64,000 nucleotides of DNA from Blasia pusilla (taxonomy: Eukaryota). Position numbers and translations under genes: made by a program. The stretch is taken from contig CM114271.1 of assembly GCA_050084515.1 (NCBI GenBank), positions 6,324,001-6,388,000 of the forward strand, written 5' to 3'. The first letter of the stretch is position 1. Each line of letters opens with the position of its first letter. Positions 11,040 to 23,834 of this stretch are shown here, one piece after another. Below the pieces are notes generated by a model. It was not told the origin of the DNA. It did no database searches and worked only from the letters and a program-made list of their open reading frames with translations.

Positions 11040-14000
11040 AGAAGCTAAGATCCACGTATAAGTGAACAAGAAATTTCACCTCGGCACAAGATCACTAGCG
11101 CTCACTAGTTATCATCATTTTTGTTTACCACCAACTCCTGTCGAGTCATGTACTGCGTGGATGATACCCAATAGAGGTCTGTATCTGAAAGGGACAACGC
11201 TCGATGTTGCCTTTTCGTGACCCCAATGCCAAACATGTCGTCTTCCCTAACATCAAGGGTTGCGCTCCTGAATCAAGTAGGACGCGTTACGGTTGGTACA
11301 CCGTACCTATGGGACTAACCAAGCAATGAACTCTTGTTCGGTAATCCAACAACACCACACGTGGTGTGATCATGGCTCGCTCTATCGTTGGCCTAGCTGG
11401 CATATCTACCAACTTCGCCACCGCAGCATGCCATGACTCCGTGGGAGACGTCCTAGCACTTTCTTTGAGGTCAAGTCCACCACCTCCTCAACTACCTCTA
11501 AACGAGAGGCATTCACCTCTCCACGCTCACACAACGTGGCGGCCAGTCGAAACACCTCCGCTGGTCCAACTCCCAATGTCGCCAACTCCATGGCGGAAAA
11601 CCAAAAAGCATGGCTGCATCGACATTGGCTCCTCCCGAGCAAGCATAGGAGTCTTCTCCCCAACTCCTCATGACGTTAATGCACTTGCCTCATCCGTTGG
11701 TGTCACCGGTCGTCGAGGCACCATCGACAGTGTATGAAGTACCTCTGACAATGTGAACGACTCGGGATCCCTAACCTGACCCCCATCGGTCCCCTCCTGT
11801 GGGTCAATCTCAACCCCACCTCTCGATGGCTCGGTTACTCTCCCAGCATCCCGAGTCACCACCGCAATAGCCTCAATCTCAGCTGCACTACACATAAATC
11901 CCATCCCGAAAAAATCCTCACAAGCATCGTGGTAAGATATGGAGGTTGGCGACACACTAGCTACTCTAAGCTCCGAGCTTGCCTATAGTTGCATCATCAT
12001 CATGGCAGCAATCCTCTACTCCAATTGATGATGCGCAAAAGGAGCGTTGCATCGGATGCACGTCCTCCATCTCTTTTGACTGGTGATGGCACTCTACCAC
12101 CACGATCATCCACCACTCGATCTCCACCAACTCTCTCGCCCCCAAGTCCTTTGCCTACCTCTGGACGTATCTCTTGGCAAAGATCATAACACCTATCCCT
12201 AGTGTGACCATATCGGTGACAATGATCATACTGCAATTATGGTAGGGCCATCCTCTATGGCTCTTGAGCAATCGAAGGCGCCCGTGGCCCTCTTCCATGT
12301 TGTGGGCAGTCCCTCTGCCTATGTGACCCACCACACGTTCAACAAGCCAATCCTAGTCCCTACCGGAAAACATATGTTGGTACAGACCATTGCCTCATCT
12401 GCTCACAATACCCACCCTCCTCTCTGGGCCCATCGGCCCATTCCTGTGGTACTGGTGCATGTTGGGGCACCTATGGGTCTACTCCTACTCGTCAACGCAT
12501 CGAATCTTGCAAAAATCCCACTAACGTTGTCACCACCTGCTCCTTACTTATGTTGAGCTCTACCAGCTCAGATACTCCACCTTCAATGTGGGCTTCGTCG
12601 TGTGAAGCAACATCGCAACCCGAACTCTCCTCTGTAGCTCCTCAGTCATCCCATATACTGTATAGACTGCGCCTCAGTCATCCCATATGTGGCAACAATC
12701 AAACGTCGCATGTGCGTGAATGCCTCTCTCAGACTCTCACCCGATCTCCGCTGAAAATCTTGTAGACTCTTCAGCTTGTCGGTCCGGACGCCCTGGTAGC
12801 TCCTCCCCAACTATCGGAAGAACTCCACTGTAGGACTGAAACTCTGTGATCCTCTACCACACTTCCTCCATTCTTGTGGGCACACTGCCCTATGTACTGG
12901 CTTTCCCGATCATCCCTCACTAGCCAACCTTTGTTGTCGCGCGGTCTGACGCCCCCTTCTCTTACCTTCATTAAGGACGCAGATTGACACGCGTCCCTAT
13001 GGAGGGACTCTCCTAACTTGGAGCCATAATGGCTCCTCCTTCCATCCCGGAGCGCCCATACTTGCCCTTGTCTCCCCACACTTGGTCCGAGGTCACCACG
13101 TACACGGCTTCCTAAGGAGACCGTTTTTCTCTCCCATCTTCGTCTCTTCAACCCCTATGACCTAACTCCGTTACCTTGCGACCGAGCCATCTTTACTTGA
13201 GAGCCCCCCGGTAGCTGCAAGCCCTAAAGGTGCTCTTCTCCTATCTCTTTCTCGACACTTGCCACTACATCGATGCTACTCTCTACGCGCTACACTCTAC
13301 TACTTTCCTTCATCATCTTGTACCAACAATATCTAAGAAAAACGGACAACGCTCCCGCGCACAACCTTCTAAACAGAAAACAACACACAAAATGCCACAC
13401 ACGCGTCTCCAAGGGCTTTCCTCCGAGGCAAATCGCTTGCCTACCTGCAACCAAAAAATTCCCTACCCACTCACATCTTTCTCATGTAAAATCAAGAGTA
13501 GTAAAAATGGCTCATCAGGTCTAAAACTCCACTCATGAATCTACATCGGCATATCGAACCACATCCACCCTCTACTATGAGGGAATTCGGACGCTAGCAC
13601 CCTAACTCCTACACACCCACATACGTCTATGCAAGAGAGGCGCTCCTAAGGCTCAACATGAAAAAGATGGCTTGGGAAAGTCATCTTCCTCACTCTTATA
13701 CCCTTGAGAAGATGTCGTGCAATCCACATCGTCATACAACATACATCGCTGACATACCATACGCACATACATACATAACATAGACGAGAGTATCCACAAA
13801 CGCAAGTGTACCACAACTTAAGTGTACCACAAGTGAAATCCGTGAAAGACCTACTGTCATAAAACACGTTTACAATCACATACAATCGAGCCAAACCCAC
13901 TCCACGATGGGAGAATCCAGGTCGAAGCTTGCGGGAAACACCATAGCCAAGAGCTCTACTCACTACCAAGGGTAACTCCCAACGCAACAGGCTCAACTCA

Positions 14001-14467
14001 AAGAATCGATCGTTCTTTGAGGGCAAGCCACCTTATATCCTCCAACCTAAGAGCGGGCCCTACTAGGAAAGTCACCCCCAAGTGAGTAACCCCCAACCCT
14101 ATGTATGGAACCACATCTCTACCAAGCCACTACGGTCCTACATAAGGAATGGCCTCTACCAGCACACCATACTCTACGACATAATCCGTATGGTCATGAC
14201 AAAGAGCCAAAAGGCTCTTCTCCCAAAAATAGCCCTACCAATGGTAATCTGCGTGCACAGGTTACGAGGTGATCGTTGACTCGATCAATGGATCACTTGA
14301 CGGACTAAAACCAAAATAGGGAAATCGCATAAATGACGTTCCCGACACAACAGACCTGTCGCAAACCTCATCCGACATCTCGGGACGAAGTTACACCCGA
14401 ATCGCCAGTTGACTCTGTATGTCGTCGACCTGATATAACTCTATCTATGTGGAAATAAGATGTGACA
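11040..14467 (-). mobile_element. 3'-truncated Ty3/gypsy element (5' LTR, gag, protease), sister subfamily of the 0.8-8.4 kb element
   Basis: Minus-strand QYDHCHRYGHTRDRC knuckle, SFTLSEVL, and RVLLDSGAQPLMLGK. LTR at 13713-14467. No RT downstream. Confidence 0.85.
13713..14467 (-). repeat. 5' LTR (TGTCAC...GCACGACA)
   Basis: Inverted termini TGTC/GACA. 13713-14203 is closely repeated at 43873-44348. TATA-like TATAAG on the minus strand near 14035. Confidence 0.85.
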
Positions 14468-14526
14468 CCTTCCACAATCAACCATCTTAAGTCCCCTCTC
14501 TATTTTGGTCTACTTTCAACTTTAAA

Positions 14527-14693
14527 TCTATTATTATTGGAGAGTGCCTTCTTGATTTGCAAACACCTCTTTGCTTGGCAACTTGGCAACAAGAAATGAT
14601 TTCCCATACTACGGGCAGCAAGAAAAAAAAATTGAATTTAAGAGCAATATCATTAGTCCCTTCACTCCTGTGCGTGGACAATATGCATACTAG
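14527..14693 (+). mobile_element. Short non-autonomous Helitron-like element
   Basis: A|TCTATTATTATTGGAGAGTGCCTTCTTGATTTGCAAACACCTCT...CTAG|T. Confidence 0.7.
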
Positions 14694-15310
14694 TCTTTCA
14701 TTATTGTTCAATCGCTGGATGACTAATCGGATAGTTCGTAAGTAACAGCAATATACGCGCTATACACATTTTGCTCCCATTATGTAATGGATGGGAAGAA
14801 TCCGGAGATGAGCTCGGATTCCACGAAGAGAACGAATCCATGGGTTCAATCGGAACTGCAATTCCATTTTCAGAAGGAACTCTTCACCCCAACTCGACCT
14901 CAACGCTGATGACACATTTTGCACTTATGTGACGGTTGTGGCAGTAGCATCGAGTGAGTGGCAACAATAGATGGCAACGAGTATCCCACGAGGAAATCAT
15001 TGCATAAGAGCGGACTGACTTTCGTGCCTCCCGAACACAATTCCTTACAATCTTCCATGAGCAACGAGTTGGGGCAAGTGTTCTCCATCTTACAGAGCTG
15101 CTGCAGGGCAGCTTCTCTGTAAGATGGGAATGATAGGGAGCAGCTGTCACTGATAGCAATTTCTTGTTGCTAACTTGACAACAACAATGATAGGGAGCAG
15201 CTGCCACTGATAGCAAGTGGTTCTGCTGCAGGGGTGGACGGATTTGGCGCCAGAAGGCAACGGTCATAGCGATCCAAAGGGCGGAAATTTAGGTGGAACG
15301 ACACGCATGT

Positions 15311-15621
15311 TAGGGGGTGTCATTTTACCCACTATCCGGGGTTTTAGGTTTCCCCCAAATTTTTTATCCAGGGACTCACCCGATCCCACACGGGTCGAGC
15401 TACCTATTTTGGCGCTCCCGAGAAGTGACATTCCTCACCGTTTCGAGTGCTTCCTCAATACTCCCCATGGAATTAGGGATGTTGCAGGTGAAGGATGGTT
15501 CCAAGCAGGATGTTGTTGTAAAGCTTCCACCCCCTCCTCTTCCGGAAGTAGCCGGATGGCTTTCCAGGTCAACCCCCAAAATCCGGGCGATTCCGAACAG
15601 CCGATAAAATGACACCCCCTA
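15311..15621. mobile_element. MITE-like element with 17-bp TIRs (hAT-like TAGGG terminus)
   Basis: TAGGGGGTGTCATTTTA (15311-15327) and TAAAATGACACCCCCTA (15605-15621) form a perfect inverted repeat. No matching 8-bp TSD. Confidence 0.7.
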
Positions 15622-18512
15622 TTACCACACTTTGATAATCATGTGTCCTGCAAAGGAGAGTGAGACACACGGCCATTACTTCCTATTACCAAAATGGAAG
15701 AGATGGAAATGTATCACCTCTTTCTTTCGTGCAGTCATTGAAGCTTGCTTGGAGGGGAGGTTGAGAACAGCGAAAGATATTTCTGATGAGGCCAAAAGAG
15801 GATGGTCTGGCAGACGCCATTGGTTCATGGGAAAACGAGCTGGGGCAGGAAAGAGGTGATACAGGGAGACAAGTGATAAAATTGTCCACAAAGTGTAGCA
15901 AAGACTTTTTGAATCTGCAAATGTCTGTTACTGGAGGGAAGACTCCAAAAACCCAATCCAAACAGAATACTACAAAGTGGCATCAAGCAAATAGCTTTTT
16001 TGCGTTCATATGAACACATCACAAACCTAGTTTACTCCAGAAACCACTTGCTATCAGTGGCAGCTGCTCCCTATCGGCAGTAATTACCCAGAAAAACCCT
16101 TCAATGTCTAATAAGCGATTGTACTGCAAGAGTGAATAACTGCAGGTCACGGTTCCAAACACAATATTTAACATTCCGGCAGAGAGACCATCAGGCTCAT
16201 GCTGGTTGAACATCTCTATTCCAAGCCACCAATTCATCGAGACTTTTGATAGGCTTTAGGTTAAGTTGAGACTAATTTTTTCATCGCCACAGAATTGGTT
16301 ACACCTCTTCCACTCGAATGCTGATTTGCCTGTACCAGACACCTTCAGGTGAACATTCTCGAAAAGTTCCTGCGCCAGTGTCATAAGAATTTCATCTCTT
16401 TACAAACCTACCCAGGAAAAGGCTCGAGCATGAAGAAGAAAATATAAAAACGCAAATGGCGATCAAGTTTCATGTTAAAAAACCCTCGAGTGAGAACAAG
16501 GTCACCATCCAAATTCTGAGTGCTATATAGATAGACTAGCATGAAGGGCACAGGCACAACACACGAAGATCCTGTCTGGTGCAGCTATTATTGGACTGCT
16601 GGGCAGCAAGATAAGAGACGATGCTAATGGAAGGAAAAAGTTCAAAAGAGGTAGGCCAGAGGCACGCCAGGCATAAGATTCACCAGAATCTTTGTCTACC
16701 ACTCGTGATTTCCTAAGAGCGAAGCAAAGCTCCTATCCGAGAACCGGAATGCACTCAAAACCCTGCAGGTTGGAGATCGCAGCACTTGGATACGAAAGGG
16801 TCGCGACAACATGAAGGCTCATGTCATGTCGTACAGTAGACTGGCTGAAGTCAGGTGAAGATTGCTCAGGGGACTACCCCTTAGAGACCTACACAAAACC
16901 TTCGTGTAGGTCTCTAAGGAGACGGAACCCTAGATCACCAACTCTCACCGCGATCTCCCATTTCTAGTTATCTTCTTACAACCACTCTTACAGCATCATC
17001 CTCCCAGTGCTACATCCTCTTTACCACCTACTGCCACAATGAACAGGCTAGCACTGTGCCTTCCAGAACCAGCAACATGGAAATGGTGAAAGGCAGAGCA
17101 GCATTGCCACAAAGCCTGCTGCCCTTTCTGAGGCGATGTCAGCAGTTGGATATTACTACGACCGAACAAACTCGATCTACCAGGACAGCAAAACACTGGC
17201 TGTTGCATTCACTTCCAGATCCTCACAACGTCTAGACTTCACAAAGCACTTTCCTTCAATGAAGAGAGCCTTCAATCGTCCCCTGACATCCTTTTCTTCA
17301 TAGCGATTCTCTCGTTTGCGCCTTCCTCTCATGGCGTTCGTGCAGTTTTTACGCTGCGTCGCCGAACTTCATAGATCATTACCGACACAACATGAGGCTC
17401 GACCGGAGTCTGCGAAGAAATAATCCAAATGGAGCCAGACCTGAGTATAAACCTTTCAGAGCCAGTAATGAGGCACATGTAGTTCTAACTGGCAAATGAA
17501 GACGTAGCATCCAAAGGGCATTCTCATAGGACAAACTCATCTAACCTAACCAGTTGGCAGTTGTAGTCGTTAACTGATGTGCGACTGCTGAAACTTCAGA
17601 CCCGACTCACGACCAGAGACGACGGGTTGGACATGTGAAACAAGACATAAGCAGAGATTCCGAGCAGAGGCAGATGCTTTCAAATTCAGAACATCCCTCT
17701 TATTCCACAGTATGAGAACCAAGTCAGCGCCAGAGGCAGGAAGAGCCTCGAAAGCTCACGCGATCGTGATAAGGGGAGCCAGCAAAACCAAGGACGATGA
17801 TCCTCGTTCGTATCAGAATACCCTAGGGACTAGTTGGGTCTACCAGAATTTCCCTCACTGATGAAGAATCACTAGCATCTCTTACATAAATTACACTTGC
17901 ACAGCGGAGCTCCGTTACATCGCCCAAACTGGAATTTTTAATACTCGGAACGTGGCGACCTAAAGCTAAGATAGGAAAATACTGCTAAGGTGTGTGAGTC
18001 CGTGCAGGGTGCTCAGCCAAGCCGGTGAAGAAAAGGCGTGGCTCCGCTTCAACCCTGAGTAGAAGATAGGGATTGTTCTGAACACAAGCCGTAATGCCCT
18101 CCACGTGCTCCAGCTCCAGTTTCAAGTAGAGGGGGTCAGAAGCGGTTGCTTATGACCTCTTGACGAACGCTAACACAAAAGGGGGGTGTGATGGGGGAGA
18201 CGGAAAAGAAAAATAACCACAAATTTGCAGATCATATCCTTCCATGAGCCTCAATCTAGTTTCATTTCCTGCACCCATAACGTGGAACGGAAATTTACAG
18301 CACTGAGTACCAGACATTCGGCAATTACAGGGAAAGTTGTTTTGGTGTCTGTTCTATCATCTCATCTCAATTCAACTTGATTCCACCTCTGGTTTGCACC
18401 CCTCATGATATCAGTCTTCAATCCGGGGCCACCAACATCATGGAATCCATCCGAACAAAGGCTGCTCGCTCGCTTGAATATCCATACTATATAAGGGATA
18501 AACCATCCCACT

Positions 18513-18848
18513 TCACTTTTTCAGACTGCCCCTCACGCCCGGTTTAGGTTTCGATGATTCCGCAGTGACAGCAGCGGAAACAGATGGAGTAGACGCGTGC
18601 AGGTTGATCAGCTTGTCCTCCTCGTAAGGCAACTTCGGATGGCGAGCCTCGTGGTGAATCAACATGCTCTTGGAGTCCGGAGCTGTCGCTCTACAGACGG
18701 GGCACGCCAGCTTCGCGTGACCGCCTTTGTCCAGCGCCTTCCGGTCCTCCACTCCGGCCTTGCCTCCACCTCTGTTGGTCGTCGCCGCATCGATCTTGGC
18801 CGCAATTTCCTTCGCCGTGTGCTTCTTTGGCTTTGCCTTGCCCGTCAT
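18513..18848 (-). CDS. MBS1: METHYLENE BLUE SENSITIVITY (MBS1/MBS2)-type small C2H2 zinc-finger protein, 111 aa, single coding exon
   Basis: MTGKAKPKKHTAKEIAAKIDAATTNRGGGKAG...GGHAKLACPVC...HHEARHP...KPKPGVRGSLKK matches the MBS family pattern. The GA-rich upstream extension is interpreted as 5' UTR. Confidence 0.92.
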   Translation of the reverse strand: MTGKAKPKKHTAKEIAAKIDAATTNRGGGKAGVEDRKALDKGGHAKLACPVCRATAPDSKSMLIHHEARHPKLPYEEDKLINLHASTPSVSAAVTAESSKPKPGVRGSLKK

Positions 18849-19892
18849 TGTTCTCCTTCCTTCCTCCTCCTCCTCTCTCTCTCTCTCTGTGTCCCCTCTC
18901 CCCCCCCCTCTCCCTTTTTCTTCCTCTCTCTCTCTCTCTCTCTCTCCCTCCCTCCCTCTACCCTCTCCTCCCTTCCGTCCGCCTCCTGAAAAGCGCACTT
19001 CGCGCTCCCCTCCCGCTCGCACACTCCCCCCGCAACCCACCTGAGACCATCTATCTGAAAGCACCTTGACGACCGATTTGCTAACTAATGAGCGATTCGA
19101 GCCAGCCGCTGCAGAATCCGACAGACCTCGACTGCAAACCTAACCGCGCGACCGGTCGATCTGCCTAAAGCCCAACTCCTCTCGGAAGAGATGTCTTTCA
19201 CTCCTCCTCCTCCTCCTCGAGCTCCTCGTGGCTCGATGGCTACTGGTTCGCTCGCTCGCTCTGGCGGGAGGTCCTCGAGTCGTCGACTGCTGTTCGGAAT
19301 GGCGAGCGCATAGGAAGCAGAGATGCGGTGCTCCGGAGGACGGGAGCGAGAGAGAGAGAGAGAGAGAGCGGACGCTGCGGGGGGAGGAGGTTAGGGTCGG
19401 CTGTGATTGTGAGGGCGCCAAACGCGTACTCGCCGACGCAAACCCCTTCCAAAGTCGGCCCTTCCGCTCCGGTGCGGCGCGACTCCCGTCCAGTCACCTA
19501 AACCCTGTGCTCCTACACGCCGCGACCCGATGGACCATTCTTTCCCGTTTTTCCCCTTCTTTTAGTGGCTGTCGATCCAAAACCACGTGGGCGATCATTA
19601 TTTGTTAACTTTACGGGGCATGTGACCTACTAATTAGCAAGCAAATTCTTTTTTCTAAAGATTTCTTAGAGTTTAAAAATATTTTTATTTCAAATTTAGT
19701 GTATATTTTTAAGCGTTTTAGATTGTGATTTCGGTTTTTCTGATTTTATGGAAAATTATTTTCCGGAAATTAAAAAAACTATAAGAACGGAAGAATTTGG
19801 AGTTTCCAATGGGGCCATTGGTTGTCGAGAACAAGCTGACTGGGTTGGAGAGTCTGCTCCAACTATGAGTCCCAGCTCGATTTCTACTTCCA

Positions 19893-20103
19893 CTAGTAAG
19901 GTGCCCGTGCTATGCACGAGAAATAAAAAAGTGTTTAAGAGCTAATGTATAGCCTAGGAAAGGAAGAGATTAATGATGGTGCACACAAATTCAAATTTTT
20001 TTCTGCCCATAGCATGTGAAACATTTTCTTACTGCCCACTTGCCATGTGTCAAACATAGAGGTGTTTGCAAATCAAGAAGGTACTCTCCCATAATAAAAT
20101 AGA
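19893..20103 (-). mobile_element. Non-autonomous Helitron (211 bp)
   Basis: A|TC 5' end, 3' hairpin CTCGTGC-ATA-GCACGGG followed by CTAG|T. No TSD. Confidence 0.82.
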
Positions 20104-23100
20104 TGACGTTTAGGTTGTACCTTGTGTCATGTTAAGTCCCCTCTATCATGGGATCTTTTTGTTGTGTTATTCGACTCTCCACTACAACACTCTCATGAGT
20201 GATCCTACACGCCGCAATTGGAAGGTAATTGCTTGATAAGCAGACTCAAGAACTTTTCTTTTCTCTTTCTATGGATTTCAAGAACTGTAAGAATATATTC
20301 CATCCCTTATGGACAAATATTAGTTACCTCCCTTGTCAGCCCCGGCTCGATTTGTAGCTCTATGAAACTCGGGTTCAAATTAAACCAAAGTCATATGAAG
20401 TCCCCTACACCATAGGATCTTCTTGTTCTTGTTGTGCTATTCCACTCCCCGATACTTCACTTTTACCACACGAGAGTATGGAGGCACAATAATCTCTCTT
20501 TTAGAGGGTTTGAAGATTGTAGGTATTTTCTTAATGGGCTTCGTGGGCAAATAGCATTTTCTATTTTATTGGATTTACGATTGGCAAGTATTTGCTTGAT
20601 TGGCCTTAACACGTATTACTTATTGTTTTAGAAGGTTTGAAGATTATAAATAAACTCTAATAAAGAAATTAACATTTAACATTCAAATAAACTCCCAAAT
20701 AATAGACAAAATTATTGGATTTTCCAACAATTTCGTATATTATTTGGGAGTTTCTTTGAATCTGTCTAAGTCTAGGTTTCAAGGCATCCATTAAGCTCAA
20801 AAAATCTAGAATAAGTCAAATATCAACATAACCCTCACTCCCCAACATAAGAAAATCATTCAAGACTTAAGAGTAACTTCTTTGATAGTAGAAGGACCTT
20901 AAACGATGCTTATAGGCTTAGTGGTCCCAATTACCCAATAAACCTCGAATAGGTCTCTAATCGTTACTTAAAACCCGAGTCATGGATCAAGATTGAAAGT
21001 TGCCATTCATAATTTGACTTGGCTTCATGTCAAAAAACCCTAAAGCCAACCTCTAGTTCCATCATGTGCTCTTGGATCAGCCCCATGGTTCCAAACGTGG
21101 GGTTCATATTCCAAACATACTTTGAGACTCTTCCCTTTATATAGAGTTTTAAGGGAATTTATCCACCTCCTTTATCTAAAAGATTCCTCTTTGCCTATCC
21201 CTTGTGGCCCAAAACCTAAATTATCATTTCTTCGAATTGGGGACTTTTTTTTTACTTTGCTCATGCATTTGTATGGATCTTTGGTGTGTTAGAATCAACT
21301 TTTCACAAACTTTCTCATGTTACCTTATTCGTCTCAAACACACCTTGATTCTAGCCCCTATGACTACAAACACAAAGAATCACAAATGTTTAACCTCAAA
21401 GTTTGAAGTCTCCTTTGAGTCTAACACTTGTGGGACTTAGATCTTCTCAGAGTTTGCCCATCATTTCGTCATGTTCCCCCTGTCCACAACCATCATCTTC
21501 TGACACATTGTAATCTTTCCACTTATGTTTTGCTCACGAGATATTGAAGTGTTTCTATCCTAGAGTTTTATTAGTACGTATTGGGATAGTTATGATGGTT
21601 CGTGACATTCATGGTTAGTAGGTTACTTTTAATAAGTCTCATGACTCATCCCGCCCATTTTGACTATTCCAATTCTCTATGAGGTAGCTCCCTCTTGTTT
21701 CATCTATTCCCATGCTCTATGTATAATGGTTCGTCTCGCTTCCCATCTCTCCTCCTAAGGAAGAAAAGTGAAAAGAAAACAACTTTCTTTTCCTCAACTA
21801 GATGCCCAACTTGACTTATCTTGGTGGTTTCCTGTCCATTTGCCCATAACGTGGACTAAAACTCCAAATTGTTGTATTATTCTGTTTCATCCTTCTATCC
21901 ACAAGTTGATCCACACGGTGATCCCAAGAAAAACCTTAGGACACTCAATCCCATATTATCTATCTTTTTTTTTATGACTCGCCTTGTGCCCTTAGATACC
22001 TTGAGATAATCTCCAAGTTCTCTCTCTTTCTTAATTCAACAACTAGTTTTCTTTTAAATTCCATCTAGGTATTAAAAGTTTGTCCACCTTTGAATGATAG
22101 TCCGCCTCTCGGTTCCTTGCTAGCATGTGAATCTTAAACTAAGTTATTTACAACCATCTACCATTATTACCTTGCACGAGTATTACGTTCGTATACATCA
22201 CATGGACAAAAGATTTCAGAAAATAATTGAGAAGATGATTTGAAATAAATTCGTGTTCTCACTTATGTTGCAAAAATCTTGCAATCTCCAAAAAATTTGC
22301 CTGTTAAAAGAGGCCCTTGCCTCAACTTATGAAAAAATATTCTATCGACCTCAAATTTGAACCCATAGATAAATTTAAGGTGGATACACAAGACATACAC
22401 ACTTTGAAAAAGGAGCCCACATGGACTCACTTCTCTATCCATTTGATACATCTAGAATTATGAGATAAGAAATGGTAGATACTCACTTAGGGTTCAAATC
22501 GAAAAGGTCATGGAGCTTCTTGTTAAGCATCAATCCATTAAAAAATAGTTGGGAGGAAGGTTATAATGATTCTCACAAGAAAGAAAATATATCTAGATGA
22601 AAAGAAAAGTCCTAAGGGGATAAAAGAAAAGGCTTGCTTTTACCTTTCTAGAAAAAATCCATATGCTAGGTCTAGCAAATCTCAATAAACATATAGTGAG
22701 TGAGACATGTTACAAGTATGATTATGACAAATCTACCCTTCCCCAAGATAATATTTCCATCCTCCATTTGATGTTTATGGGAGCGTAGTAGTCATGCACC
22801 AAGAGGGGAACCCAAGAACACAAACAAGTAACCCCTAGTGAATAATAAATATAAACAGCTTATAACAACCAACAACGTATACCAAATAACCATTTATTTT
22901 CAAGTAAGTTATTAATAGCAATATATAGATTTGAACCTTGGCACAATTGAGACGGTTCGGATCTTGCTCACGATCTACAATAAGTTGTCTACTTCTCAGC
23001 ATCTAAATGGGCTACTTAAGAAAAAAAAATGCTAATTACGGCCACTCAAAATGGTTAACATTAGAGAAGGGTGGATGTTTCCATTGTTAAAAGTATTTCA

Positions 23101-23594
23101 TGAATTGTCCTCTTCCTTATCCTAAATTAATTCTCTTGGTACTTCTCGTGTTCCTCACCATATTGTCTGATTCACTAGTTGCCTCTAATCATGTTATGCT
23201 TAGAGGCAATGAAACAAGTCAAAGTTAACCACAATGTTTACGCACGCAATTAACCTCCTAACTATTGCATTATTGCATACGACTAAAAGAATCTATGCAA
23301 TGCCATAGAAGCGCTAAACTCTAATATGTGTCTCACCTAATTTTGTTTTTCACTTTTATGATGGAGTTTCCGATCGATGTTCAAAGTCAAGTATTATTAG
23401 AATTCACCCGGCCGCTAGAGGAGGCATAATTTGACAAAGGCGATTCTCCATGCATATAGAGAATCCATTCTAATCTTCACAAGTACATCAAACCTAATCT
23501 TTTGTGGGACCTTCCCTTTCCATTAGAACTTCAATTCTTTAGAAGTGAAAGTTCCCACAAGAGTAACCCCTCCCCATTTGTCCCACATAAGACA

Positions 23595-23834
23595 CTAGCA
23601 TAATGCATGTGCTATGTACGGGTGAAAGGAAATTTATTTCACTCGCTCATTCAAATTTAATTCTAACTCTTCTGTCAGGTTATTTTAGTTTTACCGCTTC
23701 ATGTGTGGGCCAAATTGTACCCTAAACCCAATCCTCTTTTAGTTATCTACATGGATGAATGGAGCTATATAAGTTGCATGAATCTTAAAGCATTATCTTA
23801 TATGGATTCCCAAATCCGTGCTCTATTATAGGAA
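23595..23834 (-). mobile_element. Degenerate short Helitron-like element
   Basis: Minus-strand 3' end CCCGTACATAGCACATGCATTATGCTAG|T resembles the other copies. The 5' end is only weakly similar. Confidence 0.4.

Noticed and set aside
18849-19064. 72-aa N-terminal extension of the MBS ORF
   Set aside because: Low-complexity translation of a GA-rich 5' UTR. Family members start at MTGKAKPK.
18597-19608. Several plus-strand ORFs over the MBS locus
   Set aside because: Antisense shadows of the GC-rich CDS and microsatellite UTR, with no recognisable motifs.
20110-23000. Possible very old LTR-retrotransposon remnant
   Set aside because: The composition suggests decayed TE, but I could not read any diagnostic motif or boundary.
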